DNA from: Chrysomallon squamiferum
Lineage: Eukaryota; Animalia; Mollusca
Reading direction: 5' to 3'
DNA: 64,000 nt
NCBI GenBank assembly: GCA_012295275.1
Contig: CM022672.1
Coordinates: forward strand, 310,001-374,000
Part shown: in pieces, positions 15,728-28,500 of the stretch
Position numbering within the stretch: the first letter of the stretch is position 1
How the letters are laid out: the number at the start of each line of letters is the position of its first letter
Program-made: the position numbers and the translations under genes
The notes under the pieces: generated by a model
The model's database searches: none
What the model was told of the DNA's origin: nothing
The model's input: only the letters and a program-made list of their open reading frames with translations

Positions 15728-18700
15728 GTAATGATTTTTTCCACCATCTGAAATATGAATTAATGAAAAGTGTATATGAAATATCTGAACCCATGCCAAA
15801 TAATTGATTTGTATTAATACCAGTTTATTTTACAGTACAGTAATTTCCAGAATAAACTTTATTTTCCATCTGTAAATCAAAACTAAGAATTATATAAATA
15901 AAATCAAACACACACTGTAACATTACACTAGAATCTTGATTTTATTTGTGCATTTTCCCTTCTGTGACCTTAACTCATTTTCTTAATCTGTTAAACTCTT
16001 TTCACAGTTATTTTATTTTCATTCAAATCAAAACTGATTACAACCTTCCCAGTCCGCAGCTGCCCAGTTTATTTGTAGAATTTTACTTTCACAGGTCTCA
16101 ATGCTAAATACAAAAAAAAAAAAAAAAAAAGAAAGATTCCTTTTAGGATTCAGATTTAGAATTCAGAATTGTATGTTAGCATTCAAAATCACAAGCTAGT
16201 GTTGAGAATAGTGAATGGATGTTTATTAACACATGAATCAGTCAGAAACACTGAGAGTAAAAAAAAAAAACTGTACTGTTTATATCAGACTGGTATTCTA
16301 CATCTTCCTCTGTTCCACTGAAAACTAAGAAAATTGAAAACCAATATAACTTCAGTGTTACTGTCCTTCTAAATCATTTAACATGAATAACAATTCAGCT
16401 TTTGTCTGTTCTGCTCTAGAAATCAGAAACTTTAATATTTCTAATTTATATAAATGGATTAGATATATTAAAGGATTAAAGTTTCCCTGTTTATCAAAAA
16501 AGATTATTTTGTGACAAGATTTTTGTTACTGTTGTAGGAAGTTGTTTGTTTTTGAAAGGTGAGGTCATTACACTATGGGGGAAATGCACAGATATTAAAA
16601 AGAACAACAAAAAACCCCAAACAACATCATGTTGTGTTTTCTTCACTCAGATAACATCGTTATTGCAGGTGTCATTGCTGTTCAGGTTTGGCAGACTCCA
16701 GTTCTGACATCATCTCAGTGTGAGTGAGCTGACATTTTGGCCTGTATGTGAGAATATGTTAACGGGAAAACTCTAAGTTTAGAAACATTACTTCAGTAAT
16801 ATTTTTTGAGAAACACAGCAATGTGTAAAATGGTACTGAAAGTGCATTTCCTCTCCATTTCCCTCACCTACCAAAAACAGCACCATGGGGAAATTGTAAA
16901 AAACACACCTCACTCATCACAACACAGAGAACAGATAAAGTCAAAGATTTAAATGATTAATGTTCCACTCCTGAAAAAGAACAGACATGTAAAATAGTAG
17001 ATTAATAATACACTGTACTAATAATTATTATTAAACAGGATCCTTTTCTTAATATGTAGGCCTAAAACTAATTTCGGGATAATATTGTTAAGCAGGAAAT
17101 ACTTTCCCTCTGTGGTTTGAAACTAAACTATTCCATAACTTTGACATTTTTTCAAGCTTACTAATAATAACAACAAATAGCACTGAAAAAAAACCTATAT
17201 CATTAATGCTATCATCTCATATTTTGTTTTCATTTTGAGTATTTCACATAAAAATACAACAACAATTCAAATGTTATTTTTTACCTTCAGAGGTAAAGGC
17301 AAGATGCCCCAGGCAATCATCATCCCTAATGAACCCCAAGAGAAGTTGGTGTCAGGAAGTTCATCTGTGTCAGCTGTGTCCCGAGCCGTCTGTACAGCTG
17401 CTGCTCTAATTAAACACATACCTATTTATGAATACATCGCATCTCTCATGCACTCTGAAGTATTTACCTTAATTCTCTTTATATTTTATTTATGAATACA
17501 TTGCATCTTATTAATTCTGAAATGTGTTATTAATTAACTATTCTCTATAAATTTGAAGAGTGTGTGTATGTGTATAATACAGTAAATATGAAATATAGAG
17601 TATATATTTACTTTGTTACAGGTTCCGGATAAGTTCTGTTTACCACAGTTGCTGGTAACTATTCTTCAAAATGGAAAATTTGCTCCTGGCAAACTGAACT
17701 GTGTCAAAGAATTCATAGTAATCCCAGTGCCAGGCATGAGAATACATGAGGTTGGTACCAATTGTTTGTCTAACAACACTCTTCTTTCAACCTAGATATA
17801 TATTTTTTTTCTTGTTGTAAATGTAGAGGGTAATAAGTATAGAAACCAGTTTAAGTTAGCAGTACTGAAAGTGATGTAATCCTGCATACAAATTATTTCT
17901 GTTTTTGCTAGATGTATAACAACAACTCTTTCAAAAACAATTAAAATAAATTGTATAACTGGCAGAACAATATCTTCCTAGATTTAATTAAAGGTTTAAT
18001 TAGGATCATGAAATAACCAGTTTGAATTGAGATGTTCTTAATCTTTTCTTTACAGGCCATTGATAAAATTCTTCAGATCTACCACCAGGTCGCAAAGATG
18101 TTGGTTTCAAAAGGAGGTGTACGTTTATCTTTGACAACTTAGTTAACACTAACTAAATAAACAAATTAACACCTTAATTCATTAATCCATTAACCTGACT
18201 ACACTAACCAAAGTTAAGAAACAATGGAAATAATTATAAATAATAAAAAATACAATTTAGAATAACATTTATTTTAACTTTAAAGCACATTTTGTTTTTA
18301 TAGACAAAGATTTTACACTCTGTTGAACAAATATCTTTTATATCAAAACTGTATTCATAAGAACCCTTTTAACCTAACATGTATAACAGTATAAATGCAA
18401 AACAACATGATCAGAGACTGTTGTAAACAAACTACAATATGTTTCAATACACTGACTAGTCCAGATCACCTAGTGAAACAGGCAGGAGATAATTTTCATC
18501 CTGCTGGTTACTAGTTACAATTTTCTGATTTTATGCTGTAAGCATGAAGGGATGGTAACATTTTTGCAAATTAAGCAATGAAAATTGTATGCTTAATGTT
18601 AACAGTTATTAAACATGGATCTTTTCTAATATTATAATCTGAACAACTTTATCTACCATAAGCACCTTGCAGCAGTCAGAAAAGTATGTACCAAAGATTT

Positions 18701-21700
18701 GATAAACTAAATACCTTTCTCTGTGTTACCATTAGTTGTCAGTCTTCTGTCAATGTTTGACATAAATTTATTAATGTCATAGTTTCTGCTAACAATCAAC
18801 TATAGAACTGCTGTTTGTAGAACAGTATGATAAAATATCCTTGACAAACCCTGAAATTTATTAAATTTACCAGTATTTCATCTGCTTGTCTCTCTGTCAG
18901 TCTGTCCATCTGTCTATTTAGATGAATCACTGTTCTGTAATATTTAATTAGCATAACCCATTTTAGTATTATCAAAAATCTGTTTATGATATTTTTATGA
19001 TTTATAATTTTATTATCCACGCAGTGTTTTATTTCAAAATATTGTTTTATGAATACAACTTTTTTTACAACACATTGTTATCATTATACCTTTTACTTAT
19101 AAAACCTTATTTTATCTTTAACAATTTTATTTATATCAGTTTCATCATTATTATTTATAGCACATTGTTTTATCATTAATCATATATAAACAGCTTTATT
19201 ATTAACAATTTATTTATAGCAGATCTTTTACCATTAAAATTTTATTGCACTTTCTTTTTTTCAGAGTAAAAAGGGGCCAGTTGATTATGTAATTGTTCCA
19301 TTGATTTTTCTTTAAAAAGCTTTTTACTATTGTATTGCATGTTTTCTAGACACTTTTAACTTTTAGCACCAACATCAATTAGTATTTTTGAATTACTGCT
19401 TTGTTCATGCTGAGTGTTTTGAATTACATCCTGATCTGTAATAAGCAAATATAAAACTGTATTAATAACAACAGTAGACAGTTTTAGTGAGAGTTAAATA
19501 TTTCAGAGTCCTTCGTACTGCAAAAGATAAAAATTATTTTTTATATGTAGTTGAGCGTTTATGTTTAGTGTTTTAGTGATTTTTTATTGTTGTTCTTCTT
19601 CATGTTGTTATTTTTCCCTTTTCATGTTTATTTTAACTTTCTTTCTCTTATTGTTGTTGTTTTTATTGTTATTATTTTTATTATTATTTTTTGTTTAGAT
19701 AACTGTTGGTGATGTTTTACATTATTTCATTTATATTTTACTACTAATATTCATCATGTTTTGCAGTATGACAAATTAAATCCAGTATTCTTTTCATAAA
19801 ATTATGCATAACCAAATTTTGTAGTTATAAGTAAATTTAGAACAAATGTAAAGTAAGTGTTGTTACATAGTATTAAAATGGGAAATTTGATAAAAGGGTA
19901 TTTCATTCAAAATTAAAAGTAAATAATACTGTTCTTGTTGAATGTACCTACAGGTTTAGATCAGAGGAAAAACAGTAATTAATATGCATAACTTTGATTT
20001 ATATAAAAAATGATACAAATAATTAAGTGCTATACAGAATATTATATATATCTGATATATATCTTACTGTAAAACATGTTATTGTTACAAATATCTGACA
20101 GTAATCTTACTGTAAAACATGATATTGTTACAAATTTTTGAAAGTAATCTTATTGTAAAACATGATATTGTTACAAATATCTAACAGTAATTTTACTATC
20201 GAAACTTGTTATTGTTACATATATCTAAAAGTAATCTTAGTATCAAAAAATGTTATTGTTACAATATTTAAAAGTAATCTTACTGTAAAAACATTACTGT
20301 TACAAATATCTAAAAGTAATGTTACTGTAGAAACATGATATTGTTACATATATCTGAAAGTAATGTTACTGTATAAACATGTTATTGTTAGATATATCAG
20401 AAAGTAATCTTACTATAGATTCATGTTATTGTTAATGGTATCTGAAGGTTATGTTTACTATAGAAACATGTTATTGTTACAGACAACTGCAAAGAATGTT
20501 ACAGAGATTGGAGCTCTATGTCCGAGTCTGGATAAACCAGAACAGGGAATTGACATGTTGATAGATGCTATGACAGCCTTGGACTTGAAACCTGGTGAAG
20601 ATTTCAACATTGGACTCAAAGTAGCAGGCCACGAAATGTTTGATTTGGTTAGTCTCTCCCACTCATCCTCATACTACCATTCAGATCCATCCTCAGTAGT
20701 AACCAAAATGCATAATAACACTACCGTTCAGTTTGATGCTTAGCAATAGCTGCATGATACTACCATACAAATCCAGTCCCAGTAGTAGTCAAGATGTAAC
20801 TATAACTAGAGTTATCTATCTTGATTCTCAACTGTACTAGAGAAGCGGTCAAACATGCTCAGGTTTTTTTTTTTATATATTAAATGTTATTGCAGCAATG
20901 GAAAAAATATAATCATGGTTCGATTTTTTACAAATAGTGTTATGAAATATTATTATAAAATATATATTTATATAGCAAAAATGTAGCTTTTATCTCTGAA
21001 GTGATTGGTATACTTAAAGTCAGCTATTTTGTACAAATGTATCTCAGTTATTTACTGAAAAGGGAAAAAGAAACTTGTGCTGAATGTAGAGAATGATCAA
21101 AGTAAGATTTTAAAACATGTTTTTTCAGGATAAAGGAAAGTATGAAGTGATGACAGGTCAGTTCAAATCTCCTGAAGACTTGGTTGATTTCTGGGTTGAG
21201 TTGTTAGGAAGATACCCATCCATTAATGTTCTCATTGACCCCATGAGGAAAGAGGTAATTTTGCTTATCACAAACATACAAATGATCATATTATTGTTTT
21301 CTCTATAGAATTCTCCTTCCGTCTGATCATTCTTATTTAATGTTTTTCATAACTGTGTATTTTTTTCTAAAGGATCGAGTGAACTGGTTAAGGCTCTGTG
21401 ATAAACTGACAGATCGTTGTTACATGATTGGTGAGTATGGTTACCACCGACCAGGACTGTTGATAAATGAAAATCTGGAGGAGGTGTACAGGGAATACAA
21501 AACAAACGCCATCATCCTGCGTCTTGAGCAGATGAACACCATCACACAGATCATCAAAGTGATAAACAAAATGAAAGGTGGGTAATCAAAATTGTAGACA
21601 AAATGAAAAGTTGGTATTCAAAACTGTAAACTAAATCAAAGGTTCGTAAATGGGTTTTTTAGTGGATAATTTACTACTAAAACAAAAGTTTTTTTTTTTT

Positions 21701-23002
21701 TTTTCAGAAGCTGATAATGAGATTGTCATTGCAACTTGTCATGGAGAAACAACAGAGAGTTTTATTTCTGATTTTGTAAGTCATTAATTAGTTTTAAATA
21801 GGTTTTAAATGTGGATACGTTAATTTTAATGCATACAAACAACACATGGAGATTTTAAGTTTCATTTATAACACAGTGTTTTATCATTTGGTGATCTTCA
21901 AAGTTTTGATAACAGATTTTACTACTTGGATGTTTTTATTGTTTTAAAATTTGTTTTGTATTTTCAAGCTGTCAAGTTTTATTTTACTTATACTGTACCT
22001 TTATAGATAAAAATAGTCTAATTACATTCTGTGTTCTTACAAGATGTCTTTTAATGCTACACTTTGCTGTTATCAGTAATAACGAAATATACCAACAAAT
22101 ATACTATAAATTTAAAAATATCTGTGCTGCCATTTTTCTGTAGTCAAGATCTCTGAGGGCTGACAATTTTGCTTTGGAATTTAAAATCAGTATCAGACAA
22201 AAATGTATTTTTCAGTCAACCATGAATGTGATGATGTTACAAATCTAGTTGTAATGAAAGCATGCAGTTGTTATATAACAGTATTATTTTTTATTAGTGG
22301 AACAGTAAAATGTGAAAGTGTTAAGAATTTTATTAGATCATTTAATCATGTTAATAAATATACCATTTTCTGTTACTTTTTAATGTCTCATTATTATAAA
22401 TACATATTTAAATGTCTTTTTAATAAATTATTCCTTCATCTTCATGAAAAGGAATGTTTCAGTTTTCTAGTAAAGCAATATTTTTTAAATTTACTTGTGA
22501 TTGGCATTTCAAAACATTTTGTGATTCACATATTGATACATATTTAATTTCATTCACATTTAACATTTATTTCGATTAATAATTTAATTAATTTCATTCA
22601 CATTTAAAATACATATTTTATTTCATTCACATTTTAAAAAATATTTAATTTGATTCATATTTTAATATGTATTTGTTTCATATTTTAATACATTTATTTT
22701 GAATTGTAATTTAATTTGATTCATATTTGTAATACATATTTAATTTGATTTACATTTTGACGTATATACAGGCTGTGGGTTTAGGTGTGAAGTTTTTGAA
22801 AGTTGGGGCCCCAGGTCGAGGAGAGAGAATCTCCAAACTGAACAGACTGTTACAGATTGAAGATGAGCTGGAAGACAAATCAAAGTTAACTTTCCACACA
22901 GAATATGTCTATAACCACATCGAGATGCCTCCTAGTCCAGAACCAGAAGAAACTCGTGAAAATTCCCCATCAAATTTAAAGAAAGATGCAAAGAAGAAGT
23001 GA
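11931..23002 (+). CDS. ENO4: Enolase 4 (enolase-like protein ENO4, ~590 aa, 13 coding exons)
   Basis: Exons 11931-12083, 12412-12456, 13501-13584, 14181-14374, 14876-15016, 17291-17459, 17622-17750, 18056-18118, 20483-20647, 21129-21254, 21373-21577, 21708-21775, 22772-23002 (TGA); all GT-AG, phases consistent. N-terminus YELRQRAEEYYKENGVPEKMEDLLNTMFIDQPPDVYGH is typical of ENO4. Enolase-fold motifs include GKLNCVKEF, YPSI..LIDP and AVGLGVKFLKVGAPGRGERISKLNRLLQIEDEL. It lies tail-to-tail with SHTN1, as in vertebrates. Confidence 0.95.
12503..13192. mobile_element. Decayed non-autonomous TIR element (MITE-like, Tc1/mariner-pogo-type CAGT terminus) in ENO4 intron 2
   Basis: Left end CAGTCAAACTTTGATAATTC (12503) and right end GAATTTTCAAAGTTTTACTG (13173-13192) are inverted complements at 18/20 positions. 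No ORF; a TA target duplication is not preserved. Confidence 0.55.
13940..14180. repeat. Degenerate ~38-bp tandem repeat ending at the ENO4 exon 4 acceptor
   Basis: Repeated TTAATTACTGTGTGAAGTATTGTGTTTATTTGTGTGTT-like units run into the polypyrimidine tract and AG at 14179-14180. Confidence 0.7.
14405..14785. repeat. ~32-bp tandem repeat (TAATATTATATCTCTACACCTGTTCATCAAT) filling ENO4 intron 4
   Basis: About 11 visible copies starting about 30 nt after the exon 4 donor. Confidence 0.85.
20048..20510. repeat. 43-bp tandem repeat spanning the ENO4 intron 8/exon 9 acceptor
   Basis: Unit CATGTTATTGTTACAAATATCTGACAGTAATCTTACTGTAAAA, about 10 copies. The last copy supplies the acceptor (TTGTTACAG, AG at 20481-20482) and still aligns with the first ~22 nt of the exon. 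Confidence 0.9.
22520..22762. repeat. Degenerate AT-rich tandem repeat (ATTTAATTTCATTCACATTT) ending at the last ENO4 acceptor
   Basis: About 8 visible copies directly upstream of the AG at 22770-22771. Confidence 0.65.
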
Positions 23003-25556
23003 TTGAATTCACAAATGACATGTTTTAGTGACCATAAAAGATTATCTTGAGAATTTTATTTACAAGGAAAGTGGAAGAGTTTCGGCCAAATGTTTACATT
23101 CAAAATATCAGAAAAATATAACATATTAACAAAAGTAATAATTTATTATTATCTGAAGATTAATTAAAATATTTTATTTACAAACTTGGAATGTGATAAA
23201 TTTAAAGTAACTGTACTTACAAAATAGGTTGAGAGTCCATTTATAGACTTCACACAAAAGTTGTTTTAGGGTTGGGTTTTTTATTTGTTTTTTATTATGT
23301 TAAATTAAATTTTACTTGCAAAACTGAAGACGTAAACTGTTATTTACTAGACAGGACTAAAGTGAATGAAATTAAAAAATATATATATTAACTAGTAAAA
23401 CACTCTCGGTTTAAGTATTTTCAATAAAAAATTATTATCTTTTTTTTCTTTTTTTTTGTGAAATTAAGAGAAAACAAATGTTTGGCGATCTAGTATTAAA
23501 CATGCTTAATGATAACTCTCTCTTTAAGCTTTCACCATACTTGTTGACCAAGTGTCATTCTTTTAATAAACATTATTTTCTTTTTATTTGTTACAAGGTT
23601 ATTTTTTTTATAAAATGTAAACATTTATGATATTCTGTGATTGCTTTTTTTACCTAAAGTGTTCATCTTATTGTAAATTCAAAATAAATTATTTCATGTT
23701 CTCAGATGTTTTGCATCGAAATGTGTTTTTTGCAGCAGATCAGAGGACTTTAATAGATTGCAGTTCGATTTTCTTTCATTCTGATGTTTCAAATTAACTA
23801 CAGCTCAACATATTTTAATATCAAGATAGTAGGTCTCAATAGTATTGTCTAATGGCAGAAAACCTGTCAATCTTTGTGCTTCTCTCTAAAGTTAAAAACA
23901 AGATGTATTGTTTCAGAATAGCATGCACCATGATCAGACAAATGCTTCACTTAGAAGTGAAATGACTGTGTTCACTGAGGTGGACTGATCCTACTATATC
24001 TAACCACATAGTCTGTTTTTGTTTGATACTAAACACAGTAATTTTGAAGAATTCACTAACTATAAACTTTGCATAGATCCTTTTTAACATCATATCTACT
24101 TAGCCCTATTGTTTATTTTCTTTTGTGTACAATTCCATAATTTGCTCTATGGAATGATAATCATCAAAAGCTGTATTTTCTTAACACTGAAAAATGCACA
24201 AGACAACAAACAGTTTGTAGAAAACAGAAATCCAAGCAGTAATTATATACTGGAATGAAAATCTGTGTGCTTACATTTGGTTTCTGAAAATAAAAATGTT
24301 TGCTGTGAAGAACAGACTTGCAAGAAAACAGAAAACTGACATTATCACCATGCATTTTCTGGTTATACATTCATAAGTGATGTAAATGTGACAATATGTA
24401 GTAGCATACACAACTTAAACAATAAAGATTAAATTAAAAACAATAAATGCTTCTTTAAAAATTTTATTGGCCATTTTCATGAAGATTACACAAACAGAAA
24501 GAAGCCAAATTTAACATACAGAGATTCCATAACACATTGCAGCTGTTTTAATATTGCATGTAAATGTAAAAGATAAATATGTATTTAAAACGTGTAATAA
24601 TATAAAGTCCAAATTTTAAAATAAAAACTAATAAACAGGACTGAACAAAAACTGTTTATTTTATAATCTTCAAATTTCTCTGAACCTCCAGCATAAATAT
24701 TCTAATCATGCAGTTTCAATAACAAAACCAAAATAAACAATGTTTTATAATATTAAAAAAAAATTTAATACATTTTTCTTAAAAATCATTAAGTATACAA
24801 ATAAATATTCATGCAAAAAATAAAATGCTGACAAGCTAATATTAATTATCTAATTCTGTAAATAAATTTTCTATTTTAAGTTTTCACAACCTGGCAGTAT
24901 ATTTATCATGGTGTATTCCTGTATATTTTATTTAGTTTTAATCAAATGACTATTTTTAAGATACAAAGTAAGAAAATTATTAAATTATAACTGCTAGACT
25001 GAGATTAAAAGCAGTTTAATGAAAACAAACAAAACACAAACCTGATATTAAACAAATAACAACACACAAATGTTCTAGAAAAATAAAACATCAAAATGTA
25101 TGTTTGCTATAAACTATCTTATAAATGATAAACTTGATCATCATTGTCATCAAAATAATCCTGATCATATACATGTTCCTTACTTGATAAACAACTAAAC
25201 ACCAGTGTGACAACATTGTCTACATACATGTGCATCCATCCATTTCTCCAATACTTCTACAAAAACAAATACATTTTAACCATCACCTACACAGCAAAAC
25301 TAAAAACATTTTATTAACAAACTAAAAAGTGTATTTTCATTATTTCCTGAGAAAACCATTTAAAAAAACTAGTGTTTTTTTTAAAATCTCATGACAAACT
25401 GGTTAGACTTTGTATGAGAAAATGATGTATTTAAAAAGTGAAATCAGTGTGATTGTAGCATAATGAGAACCTAATGTTTGTAACTAGTGTTTTTATAACA
25501 TTGAAAATATGATGCGTAACTTTGTTTGTAACTTGAGAAATTTCTGCTTACTGTTT

Positions 25557-28500
25557 TCACTGTGAATCATCTGGTGGTTCCTCCTGTACAGCAGACAGTA
25601 TTTTTAAACGAGGTTTTGCAACAGGACATGACTTTGATGTGAAAACTGAAAAATCAATTCAAAACAGAAACAATGTATAACAAACTGCAGTCAGTAACAA
25701 TAATAACTGATCTCTTTTGTTTTTTTAAATGTGAAAGCAGTTGTAAAGTATGCAAATAATGTCAAAAGTATTTTATTTCTTGTTTTTTTTGTAAATTATA
25801 TATAATTTATTTATCTAAAATTATTTTTATTTATTATTTTTCTGAATCTTTATGAGTAATTCTGGTATCTTAGCAAGTCTTACCAGTATCATCATCTTTG
25901 ATGCTGACATTGCTGTTGCTGCTGCCATCTCCATCACCGCGAATTTTTCTGAACGCTGCCGTCAACTCTGATGATTCATGCTCTTTTTCAATAGGAGCCA
26001 GAAGATCTGGATCACTTCTTGTTCGCTTCATTTTGTTCTGAATGAATGAATGAATGAATGAATGAATTATTGAACCTCTAGATAAAGATAACAGAAGAGG
26101 AGAGATCTACCTTTATGACACTAGTTGTTCATTCTGAATTAGCAGCAATGTACTGTTTCAATCCACCTTCCCATAGATAGGGAAAGACTAATTATGATTA
26201 CACACAGGACACTGACTGCAGTCAGATGCAGAGTTTGTCACTAACCAAAGATGAGAACTTGTGTGTGAAAAACAAACGACAGGATGTGAACTAGAACAGT
26301 AAATGTTACACAACTGTGACATACAAATATTTAAAAACAAAAAGCAATTCTGCTTTCTCTTGGTGAAGTAACAAATAAAAGTCTGTGTTGTACCAGAATG
26401 GTGTGAAGTTCCTCCATAGCGCCACATTCTTTACTCTGGTCACTTTTCTGAAAATAAACATAACTATTTTATACTGTTTGACTATAATAATAATAGTATG
26501 TTACGAATATATATTTATTGCTTGTCATATAAATATTTTTATAATTATACCAATCTATATTAAAAAAAAAAATGTATATATTTTATACATAAATTGAAGA
26601 TATCAATTTGTTTTGACATTAAATAAACTAACACAAATTAGTATGTGAAAAATGAGATCAACATTACAAATGTCTAAATGAAACACATACATTAACTTGT
26701 GTCGGGCGGAGCACTTTTGTCAGTGGTTTCCCCTCCTTGATTCTCTTCATCATTTCCTCAAGGGCCTTCGAGTATCCTTCACTGACCTGAGCTCCTCCAA
26801 CTGCCACTGCAAACACAGAAAAAAAAATACAGAGTATGTATTACTAAAACAAAACGTATTCAAAGCTTCACATTTTCAATTTTTTAAATACTAAAGACAT
26901 CTCTATTTTCAAACCACTAGAGAAATTAATATATATTTTCTGGTTTTAAACACAGAACAAGTTGACTGACTATAAAGAATAATGTCTAAAATATATTTAA
27001 CAAAACACTGTTGTTTTGTGCTACATTAATCTCTGCATATTTCACTTACATGTTTTTTTCACAATTTCTGTTTTTTTCTTCTTCTTCTGAAATCTACCTA
27101 GAATTCTGAAATGTATAAAATAAATAAACTGTCATTAAAAAAATCAGTTAAATCACATTCAAGCTAATGCTGCAACTGTCAGAGTCATTCAGCAACAGTT
27201 TTCAACACTTACCCTATGTTACGCAGACCAGACGACAGAGGGGGAGGTGGTGGTGGTGGTGGTGGTGGTGGAGGTTTGATTGCATCTTCATACTTTCTTT
27301 GAACATCAGCACCTGAAAAATTTCAACTCTTTAAATCAACATGTTAAACATTTTCTCTGTACAATGCAATCATCAACATATTTTTATCACCGACATTATA
27401 ATTTTAATTATGAATGTGATACTACCAGGAAAACAGTTATCTTCAACTTCTAACTTGTGAATCATATATTATTAAACACTTAACATATCAATATGCTACA
27501 CTATATTATTGAGATGTTACACCATATTATCAATATGCAACATTATATTTATGTTATTATATTAAGTATTATCTAATTATCAACATGTCTCATTATCAGA
27601 GTGTAATATTATATTGTAAACATGTGAGGCTAATGTAAAGATCAAGTAACACCAGTGTTAGTGCTGTATTACATCTAATTATACATAACTACAAACCATA
27701 ACAAGAACTAAAACAAAACACTAAAATTAATATAAACTTGTAGATACACCAAACTAAAATTATATCCCTATAAAAAAATCAACCAACATTTTGTAAAATA
27801 AAAAATGAAATGTGGGAAAACTGTGTCTGTAGTGACTGGTACAATGTTCTGTATTTACACTGTGTAGTGACTGGCACTGTGTGCTGTATTTATACTGTGT
27901 CTGTAATGACTGGCACTGTGTGCTGTATTTACACTGTGTCTGTAGTGACTGGCACTGTGTGTTGTATTTACACTGTGTCTGTAGTGACTGGCACTGTGTG
28001 CTGTATTTACACTGTGTCTGTAGTGACTGGCACTGTGTGCTGTATTTACACTGTGTCTGTAGTGACTGGCACTGTGTGCTGTATTTACACTGTGTCTGTA
28101 GTGACTGGCACTGTGTGCTGTATTTACACTGTGTCTGTAGTGACTGGCACTGTGTGCTGTATTTACACTGTCTATAGTGACTGGCACTGTGTGTTGTATT
28201 TACACTGTGTCTGTAATGACTGGCACTGTGTGTTGTATTTACACTGTGTCTGTAATGACTGGCACTGTGTGTTGTATTTATACTGTCTATAGTGACTGGC
28301 ACTGTGTGTTGTATTTACACTGTGTCTATAGTGACTGGCACTGTGTGTTGTATTTACACTGTGTCTGTAATGACTGGCACTGTGTGTTGTATTTACACTG
28401 TCTGTAATGACTGGCACTGTGTGTTGTATTTATACTGTCTATAGTGACTGGCACTGTGTGTTGTATTTATACTGTCTATAGTGACTGGCACTGTGTGTTG

